In this document: positions 17,427-24,572 of the stretch, in pieces | Numbering within the stretch: position 1 is the stretch's first letter | How the letters are laid out: every line of letters starts with the position of its first letter | Assembly: GCA_016196885.1 (NCBI GenBank) | Contig: JACPWU010000024.1 | Span: forward strand, 30,001-62,000 | Length of the DNA: 32,000 bases | Reading direction: 5' to 3' | Source of the DNA: Chlamydiota bacterium | GTDB lineage: Bacteria > Auribacterota > JACPWU01 | The notes under the pieces: model-generated | Told to the model about the DNA's origin: nothing | Databases searched by the model: none | Seen by the model: the letters and a program-made list of their open reading frames with translations, nothing else | Program-made: the position numbers and the translations under genes

Positions 17427-17482
17427 CATCCCCCCCAAAAAAAATCTAAGGGTAGAAGTCTAGCAAGATTGAGGGGGGGATG
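17427..17482 (-). promoter_or_regulatory. 5' UTR hairpin pairing a C-run with the G-run SD of the permease gene
   Basis: The - strand RNA reads CAUCCCCCCC-(36 nt)-GGGGGGGAUG-UUGA-AUG. The 10-bp perfect stem (17427-17436/17473-17482) covers the only SD-like sequence before the ATG at 17422. Confidence 0.5.
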
Positions 17483-17497
17483 GCTAGGAGGAAAACA

Positions 17498-17610
17498 GTC
17501 GTGAGTCGTGAGTTGTGAGTAAAAAAATAATGCTTTTCAAACTCACTACTCACGACAGACGACTCACGACTGCTTTTAAAAAACTCACGACTCACCTCTC
17601 ACCCCTCACA
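17498..17610. repeat. heptad-repeat hairpin plus trailing heptads in a divergent promoter region
   Basis: 17498-17520 (CGTGAGT x3) pairs with 17541-17570 (ACTCACK x4). The stem is 23 positions (22 paired, one T:T mismatch) with a 7-nt bulge at 17554-17560. Four further heptads (ACTCACG ACTCACC TCTCACC CCTCACA) lie at 17583-17610. Confidence 0.7.
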
Positions 17611-17708
17611 GTTTTTTCATCGTTGTTACTTCTTTACCATCCTGTCAGGAAAACACCACTTGGCGCTTATTTCTTATTCGCGTTCGAGAGAATTTATTTT
17701 TAATAATT

Positions 17709-17724
17709 TGGCATAGAATGTGCT
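17709..17724 (+). promoter_or_regulatory. sigma54 (-24/-12) promoter of the glnK-amtB operon
   Basis: TGGCAT-AGAAT-GTGCT with canonical GG/GC spacing, about 100 nt upstream of the glnK GTG. Confidence 0.6.
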
Positions 17725-17821
17725 CTCTAGAAAGCCGCAGGCCTTTTTTTGAGATTTCATATTTTTCGATTTTTTTTTTTGACCTTCAGGGGACATTTAT
17801 TAAAAGAATAGGAGACAGGTC

Positions 17822-18160
17822 GTGAAACTGATCAAAACGATTATTCAACCTTTTAAGCTTAATGATCTTAAGGATGCTCTTCATAATCTAGGCGTTCAAG
17901 GAATGACAGTCAGTGAAGTGAAGGGTTTTGGGCGTCAAAAAGGACATAAGGAGATGTATCGGGGGAGTGAGTACGAGCTTGAATTTATTCCAAAGGTGGA
18001 AGTGGAAACAGTGGTGGCGGACGACATGGTGGACAAAGTCATTCAAACCATTTCCGACACGACTCGAACCGGAAAGATCGGCGACGGAAAAGTTTTTGTG
18101 ATTCCGATTGAGACGGCGGTGCGGATCAGAACCGGTGAAAGAGGCGAAAAAGCTCTTTAG
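17822..18160 (+). CDS. glnK: nitrogen regulatory protein P-II (GlnK-type, linked to amtB)
   Basis: 112 aa with T-loop GRQKGHKEMYRGSEY. SD AGGAGA precedes the GTG start. Confidence 0.9.
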   Translation: MKLIKTIIQPFKLNDLKDALHNLGVQGMTVSEVKGFGRQKGHKEMYRGSEYELEFIPKVEVETVVADDMVDKVIQTISDTTRTGKIGDGKVFVIPIETAVRIRTGERGEKAL

Positions 18161-18216
18161 GCAAGAGGCGGTTTAATCAGGTCCATTCTAAAATCTGAAG
18201 GAGAGAAGGAGGCGTT

Positions 18217-18393
18217 ATGGCGGTAGGCACAACAAAAACATCGGGCTGGGCGCTGTTTTGGTTTTTGCTAGGATTTGCCCTTTTAGGGACAGCCGGAGTG
18301 GGGGGTGGTATGATCAGTTTGCTGGCAGGCTTTGTGGTGATTGTAATTTCAGGATTTATCTTTAAAGCGGCTCGAAAACAGGAGGCGGTATGA
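18217..18393 (+). CDS. small two-TM membrane protein (58 aa)
   Basis: MAVGTTKTSGWALFWFLLGFALLGTAGVGGGMISLLAGFVVIVISGFIFKAARKQEAV. Strong SD GAAGGAGG. The stop overlaps the next start as ATGA. Too short for the ORF track. Confidence 0.55.
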   Translation: MAVGTTKTSGWALFWFLLGFALLGTAGVGGGMISLLAGFVVIVISGFIFKAARKQEAV

Positions 18394-18572
18394 GGCTCAT
18401 TGGACTTGCGTGCGCATTGGGAGGTTGGGTTTTGGCTGTTTCAGGTTTATTGGTAACCTCTTCCAATGGGGGGCGACTTGCTTTTGCTTGTGGTGGGATT
18501 GCCTTATCCATTTTTGGGATTCTCGGGGTTTTGAATCGTTATTATTTAAAGCGTGCCATTTGGAAGAAATAA
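18390..18572 (+). CDS. small two-TM membrane protein (60 aa), likely paralog of the preceding ORF
   Basis: MRLIGLACALGGWVLAVSGLLVTSSNGGRLAFACGGIALSIFGILGVLNRYYLKRAIWKK. It shares the GW..L...G...GG...G....G pattern and basic tail of the preceding ORF and is translationally coupled to it. Confidence 0.55.
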   Translation: MRLIGLACALGGWVLAVSGLLVTSSNGGRLAFACGGIALSIFGILGVLNRYYLKRAIWKK

Positions 18573-18589
18573 AAAGGAGAGAAAATTTT

Positions 18590-20203
18590 ATGAGAGGGTT
18601 AAAACTTAAGGCGCAAATCCTTTTAGCAGTGATCGGGATCGGCACGCTTTTGTCGTGTGCGGCTTCCGTGAAAGCAGGTGCATTAACCGATGAAGACGTG
18701 AGCAGTATCAAGGGCCCCGACACATCTGAAATTGCTGCGAAGGGGGATCCGGGGGCCGAGATGACTGGAACGGCGAATGATGTTTCTGTTTCGGATACGA
18801 GCAAGGGCTTGTCACTCGCCGATTTGGTGAATCAAGCAGGGCAGAATAAAATTGCCATTAATTTTGTCTGGACCCTGATCACAGGTTTCTTGGTCATGTT
18901 CATGCAGGCCGGTTTCGCCCTTGTAGAAACAGGGTTAATCAGGGCGAAAAACGCAAATCATACCATGATGATGAACTTTATGGTGTATGGTTTGGGTCTT
19001 TTTGCGTATTACGTCTGCGGCTTTGCCATTCAAATGGGGGGCTGTGCACCCATAGCAAACTTGGGTGGAGTCTATCCCTTGAATCATGAGTTTGCGATTA
19101 ATCTTTTTGGAAAACCCTGGGCTTTGTTTGGGACCAAAGGATTTTTCTTAAGCGGGACTACCTATGATGTGGGTGTGATGGTTCTTTTCCTATTCCAAAT
19201 GGTGTTTATGGATACGACCACTACGATTGTCACAGGTTCATGTGCCGAGCGCTGGAAGTATTCTGCGTTTTGCGTTTCCAGCATTGGCTTGGGGGCCTTG
19301 ATCTATCCATTATTCGGTAACTGGGCCTGGGGCTGTGGCTGGCTTTCTCAACTGGGCGTGAATTTTGGCCTGGGTCATGGCTATTGTGATTTTGCAGGAT
19401 CCGGCGTAGTTCATGCGGTAGGAGGGATTACGGCTCTCGCGGTGGCCATGCAATTGGGCCCTCGCATTGGAAAATTTAACAAAGATGGAACGCCCAACGC
19501 GATTCCAGGGCATGATATTGTTTTGGTGCTCTGTGGATGTTTCATCCTGGCTTTCGGTTGGTTTGGATTTAATCCAGGCAGCACGCTGGGCGCTTCTGGC
19601 AACGGCTGTTTGAGGATTGGGAGCGTAGCAGTCAATACCATGTTGGCCGGTTGCACAGGTTCCTTTGGCGCTCTTCTCTACATGTGGATACGCTACGGAA
19701 AACCCGATGCCTCTATGGCGGGGAACGGATTGTTGGCGGGGTTGGTGGCCATCACGTCGCCGAGCGGTTTTGTGAATCCCCTGGCCTCAGCGGTGATCGG
19801 ATGGATTGCAGGTGTTTTGGTTTGTCTGGCTGTAGAATTCTTCGATCGTGTTCCGAAACTTGATGATCCGGTGGGCGCGATGTCGGTTCACGGGGTGAAC
19901 GGTTTGTGGGGAGTGATTGCCGTCGGACTTTTTGCCGATGGTCGCAGCAATTACGGTGGCAGTTGGAATGGAGTCTCGGGAGGTGTTAAAGGTTTATTTT
20001 ATGGAGATGCCGGCCAGCTCGTTGCTCAATTGATCGGTGTAGCGACACTTGTCGGTATCATCTTTACTCTGTCCTTCGTCTGGAATTGGCTTGTGGATGT
20101 GGTGGTGGGTCAGCGTTCCAGTGCCCAGGCTGAGATGGAAGGGCTGGACATCCCAGAAATGGGAGCACTTTGCTATCCCGATTTCCAACTGAAAGCAGAA
20201 TAA
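18590..20203 (+). CDS. amtB: ammonium transporter
   Basis: Amt signatures FMQAGFALVETG, DFAGSGVVH and the HGVNGLWG region. Start taken at the ATG at 18590 (SD AAGGAGA), giving a signal peptide with a lipobox-like LLSC. The ORF-track start at 18410 overlaps the small ORFs. Confidence 0.9.
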   Translation: MRGLKLKAQILLAVIGIGTLLSCAASVKAGALTDEDVSSIKGPDTSEIAAKGDPGAEMTGTANDVSVSDTSKGLSLADLVNQAGQNKIAINFVWTLITGFLVMFMQAGFALVETGLIRAKNANHTMMMNFMVYGLGLFAYYVCGFAIQMGGCAPIANLGGVYPLNHEFAINLFGKPWALFGTKGFFLSGTTYDVGVMVLFLFQMVFMDTTTTIVTGSCAERWKYSAFCVSSIGLGALIYPLFGNWAWGCGWLSQLGVNFGLGHGYCDFAGSGVVHAVGGITALAVAMQLGPRIGKFNKDGTPNAIPGHDIVLVLCGCFILAFGWFGFNPGSTLGASGNGCLRIGSVAVNTMLAGCTGSFGALLYMWIRYGKPDASMAGNGLLAGLVAITSPSGFVNPLASAVIGWIAGVLVCLAVEFFDRVPKLDDPVGAMSVHGVNGLWGVIAVGLFADGRSNYGGSWNGVSGGVKGLFYGDAGQLVAQLIGVATLVGIIFTLSFVWNWLVDVVVGQRSSAQAEMEGLDIPEMGALCYPDFQLKAE

Positions 20204-20212
20204 GGAGGACGT

Positions 20213-20305
20213 ATGGCAGGAACCTTGATTACGTTAATTGGATCCTTGGTTGTTTTCCTTGCCCTGGGTGTTTATAAATCGGGCAGGAGTGTCTTCAGCA
20301 AGTAA
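20213..20305 (+). CDS. small hydrophobic peptide (30 aa)
   Basis: MAGTLITLIGSLVVFLALGVYKSGRSVFSK. SD AAGGAGG lies 5 nt upstream, 10 nt after the amtB stop. The operon terminator follows. Confidence 0.45.
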   Translation: MAGTLITLIGSLVVFLALGVYKSGRSVFSK

Positions 20306-20325
20306 GGTAAATATGTGATAAAATG

Positions 20326-20361
20326 GGGCGTGTGGGGAAAAACTCACACGCCCTTTTTCTT
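20326..20361 (+). terminator. intrinsic terminator of the glnK-amtB operon
   Basis: GGGCGTGTG (20326-20334) pairs with CACACGCCC (20345-20353). The loop is 10 nt, followed by TTTTTCTT. Confidence 0.8.
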
Positions 20362-20426
20362 GTTATGAAAGTGGATCATGGAACATGGATGGTGGATGTT
20401 GGATTCCTTTCTCTCGTTCAAGCTTG

Positions 20427-20473
20427 TGTAGTCGCCCGATTTATCGGGCAGCCCCATAAATGGGGCGACTACA
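20427..20473. repeat. 47-nt nested palindrome
   Basis: TGTAGTCGCC...GGCGACTACA encloses two mini-hairpins, CCCGATTTATCGGG and CCCCATAAATGGGG. It can fold either as a three-way junction or as one 22-bp hairpin with 2 mismatches. Confidence 0.5.
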
Positions 20474-20561
20474 AAATAAGGGAGGCGAGGTAGGGCGGGG
20501 CTTTCATTGCACACGATGACCCCCAAAAGGGTCATTGAAATTAAATTGGAAGCGAAAGTAT

Positions 20562-20645
20562 AAGTGCTTGAGTGTCTGAGTGCTTAAGTTAAAGGGAGAA
20601 TTTGTTTTTACTTAAGCACTTACGCACTTGTTAACTTAAGCACTT
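20562..20645 (+). repeat. octad-repeat hairpin just upstream of the TPR gene
   Basis: Inner stem 20570-20589/20610-20629 has 20 positions with 1 mismatch and 3 wobbles. The outer stem 20562-20569/20638-20645 is perfect. An 8-nt bulge lies at 20630-20637. The arms have an 8-nt period (AGTGCTTG AGTGTCTG AGTGCTTA, and ACTTAAGC ACTTACGC ACTTGTTA ACTTAAGC). Confidence 0.7.
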
Positions 20646-20659
20646 GGTAGTCTTATCTT

Positions 20660-21223
20660 ATGCTCGAAAATGCTTATCAAAAACTTAAAGAGGGATATTT
20701 CCAGAGTGCCGTAGAGGCTTTTACAGAATGTCTCGCTCGAGATTCTCTCCAAGCCGATGCCTATCACGGTCGTGCACAGGCCCATTTTCAACTTAAAAAT
20801 TGGTCTTTGGCTCTTTCTGATTTCACAAAGGCCAAAGAGCTCAAAGAAGAGAACCTTGAAAATTGGATTGGGGTGGCCATGAGCTTGGCGATGGATCACA
20901 AAATTTATGAGGCCATAGAAGTGCTGGACACCTTGTTGGTTCATCATCCGAAATATGTCCGTGGCTATATTCAATTGGGCCAGCTCTATTATCGTCTTGG
21001 CGTTATCAGAAAGGGGAATGAACAAATGGAAAAAGCCCTTGCCTGTGATCCCTCACTCTCTGAAAGGCGAACGATAGAAAGGCTTCAGAGGGAACAAAAG
21101 GAGCTGGACAAAAGACGGTTTTACCGCCCTGATTTTGAGGCCTTGCGTCGGAATAATCAAAACTCTTCTAGGGGCCATTGGTTTGAGAAAGTGAAGAGGT
21201 TTTTTGTGAAAAAAAGTTCTTGA
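20660..21223 (+). CDS. TPR-repeat protein
   Basis: Repeated A..Y..RA.....G....A..DF..A patterns typical of TPR. The C-terminal tail is basic. Confidence 0.7.
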   Translation: MLENAYQKLKEGYFQSAVEAFTECLARDSLQADAYHGRAQAHFQLKNWSLALSDFTKAKELKEENLENWIGVAMSLAMDHKIYEAIEVLDTLLVHHPKYVRGYIQLGQLYYRLGVIRKGNEQMEKALACDPSLSERRTIERLQREQKELDKRRFYRPDFEALRRNNQNSSRGHWFEKVKRFFVKKSS

Positions 21224-21293
21224 AGGGAAAATTCACGAACCCCTTTTTTATTTTTAGCCCCTATCCGAGCAAAATTTGATACCATGTCTCCCC

Positions 21294-22406
21294 ATGAAAA
21301 CGTTAAGACGCAACATCCCTGTGGCAGAGCCAGACTTAGATTCCCGGGAGCGTGAGAAGGTTTTGGATTGTGTAGAGTCGGGCTGGATTTCCTCCATTGG
21401 GACTTATGTGACTCAATTCGAGGAAAGTTTCAGCCATTTTTGCGGCGCTCAATATGGCATCGCCTGTTCCAATGGGACCGTGGCCCTTCATTTAGCGCTT
21501 CTGTCTTTGAAAGTGGGGCCTGGCGATGAGGTGATTTGTCCTACTTTATCCTTTGTGGCCACAGCCAATGCCATCCGCCATACCGGTGCAACGCCGGTCT
21601 TTGTGGATTCGGAGGCCTTCACTTGGAACATGGATCCCGAAAAAATGGCCGCCAAAATTTCAAGCAAAACCAAAGCCATTGTTGTGGTTCATTTATATGG
21701 ACATTCTGCGGATTTAAATCCCATTTTAGAATTGGCTCAAAAAAAAGGACTTCCTTTAATTGAAGATGCGGCTGAAGCCCATGGGGCGCTTTATCGGGGG
21801 AAGAAAGTGGGGGGGATTGGAACGCTCGGCTGTTTCAGTTTCTATGGTAATAAGGTGATTACGACGGGCGAGGGCGGGATGGTGGTCACACAAGACTCCC
21901 ATTTGGCTGAGCGCATGAGGCTTTTGAGAGATCACGCGATGGATTCAAAAAGAAGGTATTGGCATACAGAAATAGGGTACAATTATCGCTTGACCAATCT
22001 TCAGGCGGCGGTAGGTGTAGCCCAAATGGAAAAGATCGAAAAATTTCTTCAAATCCGCCGGGAGAATGCTAAAATTTATAAACTTCTTTTGAGGGAAGTT
22101 TCTGGGTTGACCCTTTTCCCAGAAGCGACCTGGGCTACACCTGTCTATTGGATGGTCAGCGTTTTGGTGGAAGAAGCTTTCGGAATTTCAAGAGATTCCT
22201 TGATGGAAAAATTGAAAGAGAAGGGCATTGATACGAGGCCTTTTTTTATTCCAACTCATATGCTACCGTCTCATCGGGAGGAGGGTCCTTATCCTGTTTC
22301 GGAATCCCTTTCCAAAAAAGGGATGAATCTTCCTTCCTCTACGAGGCTCACGCAAGAGGACATTGAATATGTGGTTCAAACCATTCAGGAAATTCGCGAG
22401 GGCTAA
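21294..22406 (+). CDS. DegT/DnrJ/EryC1/StrS-family PLP-dependent sugar aminotransferase
   Basis: Motifs GDEVICPTLSFVATANAI, EDAAEAHGA and SFYGNKVITTGEGGMV (PLP lysine). ATG at 21294. Confidence 0.85.
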   Translation: MKTLRRNIPVAEPDLDSREREKVLDCVESGWISSIGTYVTQFEESFSHFCGAQYGIACSNGTVALHLALLSLKVGPGDEVICPTLSFVATANAIRHTGATPVFVDSEAFTWNMDPEKMAAKISSKTKAIVVVHLYGHSADLNPILELAQKKGLPLIEDAAEAHGALYRGKKVGGIGTLGCFSFYGNKVITTGEGGMVVTQDSHLAERMRLLRDHAMDSKRRYWHTEIGYNYRLTNLQAAVGVAQMEKIEKFLQIRRENAKIYKLLLREVSGLTLFPEATWATPVYWMVSVLVEEAFGISRDSLMEKLKEKGIDTRPFFIPTHMLPSHREEGPYPVSESLSKKGMNLPSSTRLTQEDIEYVVQTIQEIREG

Positions 22407-22412
22407 AATAGT

Positions 22413-23120
22413 ATGAAAGAAAGTTTGTCCATCATCCTTCCAACCTACAACGAGCGCGAAACCATCTGCCGCTTAATTCAAAAGATTTTGGAAGTGATCT
22501 CCTCCATGAAATGGGATGCTCAGGTCATTGTGGTAGATGATTCCAGCCCGGACGGAACAGCCCAAACCATCAAAAAGACCTTTTATGAAAATCCAGCCGT
22601 TCAACTCATCGTTCGCAAAAATAATCCCAGCTTAGGGGCCTCTGTTGGGGAGGGAATTCGTGCGGCAAGCAAGGATTATGTTCTCATCATGGATGCAGAT
22701 TTTAATCATTCCCCCAGTGACATTCCTCGGCTTTGGTCTTGCATCGAACGGGCCACCTTGGTGAATGGCTCCCGATTTGTTCGTGGGGGTGGGATGGAAA
22801 AAGCCCGCTTGAGATATTTGGGCAGCCGAGTTTTTAATCTTATTTGCAGGGTGATTTTGGGGCTCCATGTCACAGATATTTTAAGTGGATTTTTGCTGGT
22901 CCGGAGAAAAGATTTGCTCAGCTTAGATTTAAATAAAATTTTTGTAGGCTACGGCGATTTTTCAATTCGCTTGCATTATGCAGCGAAGAAAAAGAAATGG
23001 TCTGTCGTGGAAATCCCTGTTCACTATCCTCAACGGTTTGGCGGCCGCTCCAAAACCCGCTTCTGCAAACATGCCTGCCAATATTTGGGCGCTGCCTTAA
23101 AGGCAAGATTGTTCTTATAA
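22413..23120 (+). CDS. family 2 glycosyltransferase (polyprenyl-phosphate sugar transferase-like)
   Basis: Motifs SIILPTYNERETI, VVDDSSPDGT and MDADFNH. Confidence 0.85.
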   Translation: MKESLSIILPTYNERETICRLIQKILEVISSMKWDAQVIVVDDSSPDGTAQTIKKTFYENPAVQLIVRKNNPSLGASVGEGIRAASKDYVLIMDADFNHSPSDIPRLWSCIERATLVNGSRFVRGGGMEKARLRYLGSRVFNLICRVILGLHVTDILSGFLLVRRKDLLSLDLNKIFVGYGDFSIRLHYAAKKKKWSVVEIPVHYPQRFGGRSKTRFCKHACQYLGAALKARLFL

Positions 23121-23235
23121 GAGAACGGCCGTTCGTCTCTCGTCAAGGGCGGGCCTCCACTTCGATTCCCCTATAGCTTTTGAGTGCCATGAGCTCTTAA
23201 GGTTTTTAGGTGGTTTAAGAATGATAAGGGAAAAG

Positions 23236-23309
23236 TGCCAGGGGGGGGAGTCGAACCCTCGACCTAGGCCTTATGAGAGCCCCGCTCTAGCCATCTGAGC
23301 TACCCTGGC
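23236..23309 (-). tRNA. tRNA with CAT anticodon (elongator Met, or Ile2 read after lysidine modification)
   Basis: The - strand reads GCCAGGGTAGCTCAGATGGCTAGAGCGGGGCTCTCATAAGGCCTAGGTCGAGGGTTCGACTCCCCCCCCTGGCA. The cloverleaf has a 7-bp acceptor stem, anticodon loop CTCATAA and T-loop TTCGACT. No CCA is encoded. Confidence 0.9.
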
Positions 23310-23319
23310 TTAAAAAGAA

Positions 23320-23414
23320 GGGTTTAGGGTATAGGGTTTAGGGTATAGGGCATAAGGAATTTGATTAAATAAAATCCTTATTTCCCTAAGCCCTACACCC
23401 TATACCCTAAACCC
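23320..23414. repeat. heptad-repeat hairpin in the spacer between two tRNA genes
   Basis: GGGTTTA GGGTATA GGGTTTA GGGTATA GGGCATA AGGA... (23320-23362) pairs with its imperfect complement at 23371-23414. About 40 bp are paired, with a few mismatches. Confidence 0.7.
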
Positions 23415-23466
23415 TGTTTTAAAAATTAGCGGGGGTTGGATTTGAACCAACGACCTTCGGGTTATG

Positions 23467-24120
23467 CATACCACTACAGCTTTCGCTGCGTCTCTCAGAG
23501 AATTTCTGAGAGCTTTGTGGTCTGGACTTTCTCTTCACCCTTTCTACAAAATAGAGGAGGGTGCCTGCCGTCAAGTCTCTACGCCTTCTCCGACGCATGT
23601 CAGAGCTTGGTTCGGGATTACCCCGCACGTGGCTTCCCCGAGTTTGACAGGTGATCTCAGATAAATTTCTTTATCTGAAGCCCACTGAAAAATAAGATTC
23701 CAAGCATCGCGATAGTTTGCGGAACTAGGTTTTCGCTGTCGCTTGTTCGTTTCGACCATGTGAATTTCACTACCATAGTCGATGAATACGGCTATAGGAA
23801 AGACATAAAACAAATTAAGGTCAGCCAAAAAAACCAGGGCGAAATCAAAATCTACAGCCTGATAAGGCTGCCTCAACATGACCCTACGATTTGTTTTCGT
23901 TCGGCGATTATCGACTACATAATTCCCAGAAGGTTTATCAAACCATGCTGTTTTGACCTGAATCTTGACTAAAGTTTCCTCTATGTCAAAGACAAGATCA
24001 TATGGAAGCCGATCGCCAACGGGTTTCAGAACACCCCAACCACGCTTCAGTGCTTCGAGTGTGGCTGCTTGTTCTGCAATGTCTCCCTTTAGCTTGGTAC
24101 TCAAATGAATCTCTTTCTTG
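23467..24120 (-). mobile_element. group I intron (IC3-like) inserted between nt 33 and 34 of tRNA-fMet
   Basis: 654 nt. The 5' exon ends in U and the intron ends in G (..GGTATG). Core strings on the - strand are GTCAAACTCGGGGAAGCC (23648-23631), GAACCAAGC, GAAGGCGTAGAGACTTGACGGCA (23588-23566), GAGAAAGTCCAG and GCAGCGAAAGCTG. These match the Azoarcus and Anabaena tRNA-intron cores as I remember them. Confidence 0.85.
23571..24104 (-). CDS. intron-encoded PD-(D/E)XK-type homing endonuclease (I-Ssp6803I-like)
   Basis: 177-aa ORF with a TTG start 16 nt into the intron. It reads MSTKLKGDIAEQAATLEALKRGWGVLKPVGDRLPYDLVFD...VKIQVKTAW, giving E11, P-Y-D36 and Q49-x-K51. The last ~25-45 codons run into the ribozyme core, so the true C-terminus and its function are uncertain. 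Confidence 0.7.
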   Translation of the reverse strand: MSTKLKGDIAEQAATLEALKRGWGVLKPVGDRLPYDLVFDIEETLVKIQVKTAWFDKPSGNYVVDNRRTKTNRRVMLRQPYQAVDFDFALVFLADLNLFYVFPIAVFIDYGSEIHMVETNKRQRKPSSANYRDAWNLIFQWASDKEIYLRSPVKLGEATCGVIPNQALTCVGEGVET

Positions 24121-24213
24121 AGCCCGACGAGCTACCAGGCTGCTCTACCCCGCAGTATGTAAATCGCACATACTATATCCTAGGATATGTGCAAACTCCA
24201 GATTTTTTTGTGA

Positions 24214-24558
24214 TTATTTTTTTTTAGGAGATTCAGAAGATTCGGGGGCAGGCTCTTCGCAATAAAGAAGCCGGCTACAGTGTTCACAGACGTGGAAGGA
24301 TTTCCCTGCCTTTGCGACAATGGAGGTGCCCGAAGCGGCGGCGAGAAAACAGCCTTGACAGACTCCATTCACAAGTCGGACAATCGCATTTTTATAGCGC
24401 TTCTTTGCACGATCATAGGAGCGGATAAGTTCCATGGGGATCCCCATGCGATTGTTGGCCAACTCTTGAATCAATTCCAGATGGAAGGCCTTGGCCTCTT
24501 TGCGCAGGGCCTCTTCGATTTCTTGTATTCTCAGAAGAGATTTTACTTTTGAACTCAT
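24214..24558 (-). CDS. C4-type zinc-ribbon protein (COG1579-like, short form)
   Basis: Coiled-coil N-terminus followed by CQGCF...HVCEHCSRLLYC, which matches the C..C...C..CgRiLy ending of this family. Confidence 0.6.
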   Translation of the reverse strand: MSSKVKSLLRIQEIEEALRKEAKAFHLELIQELANNRMGIPMELIRSYDRAKKRYKNAIVRLVNGVCQGCFLAAASGTSIVAKAGKSFHVCEHCSRLLYCEEPAPESSESPKKK

Positions 24559-24572
24559 CGGGGAATACTATA

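Larger units (their letters stand above)
23427..24154 (-). tRNA. initiator tRNA-fMet (CAT) gene interrupted by a group I intron
   Basis: The 5' exon is 24154-24121 (TGCGGGGTAGAGCAGCCTGGTAGCTCGTCGGGCT). The 3' exon is 23466-23427 (CATAACCCGAAGGTCGTTGGTTCAAATCCAACCCCCGCTA). Joined, they closely match E. coli tRNA-fMet as I remember it. Initiator marks are present: GGG/CCC in the anticodon stem and a non-Watson-Crick 1:72 pair (T/T). No CCA is encoded. Confidence 0.9.

Noticed and set aside
17515-17703. 62-aa ORF on the + strand (MSKKIMLFKLTTHDRRLTT...)
   Set aside because: Its sequence is simply the translation of the ACTCACG heptad arrays (repeated LTTH/LTT). It has no SD and lies in a divergent promoter region.
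17735-17760. Possible attenuator (GCC-GCA-GGC followed by T7) just downstream of the glnK sigma54 promoter
   Set aside because: The stem is only 3-4 bp, too weak to call a terminator by eye.
20344-20535. 63-aa - strand ORF in the amtB-TPR spacer
   Set aside because: It reads through the nested palindrome and the terminator stem, and has no SD or recognisable motif. The region is better explained as structured non-coding DNA.
24175-24188. Perfect 14-nt palindrome ATATCCTAGGATAT upstream of the tRNA-fMet gene, next to a 7-bp hairpin (24154-24174)
   Set aside because: It could be an operator or part of the tRNA promoter or leader. It is short, AT-rich and a single copy, and I cannot support a specific function.
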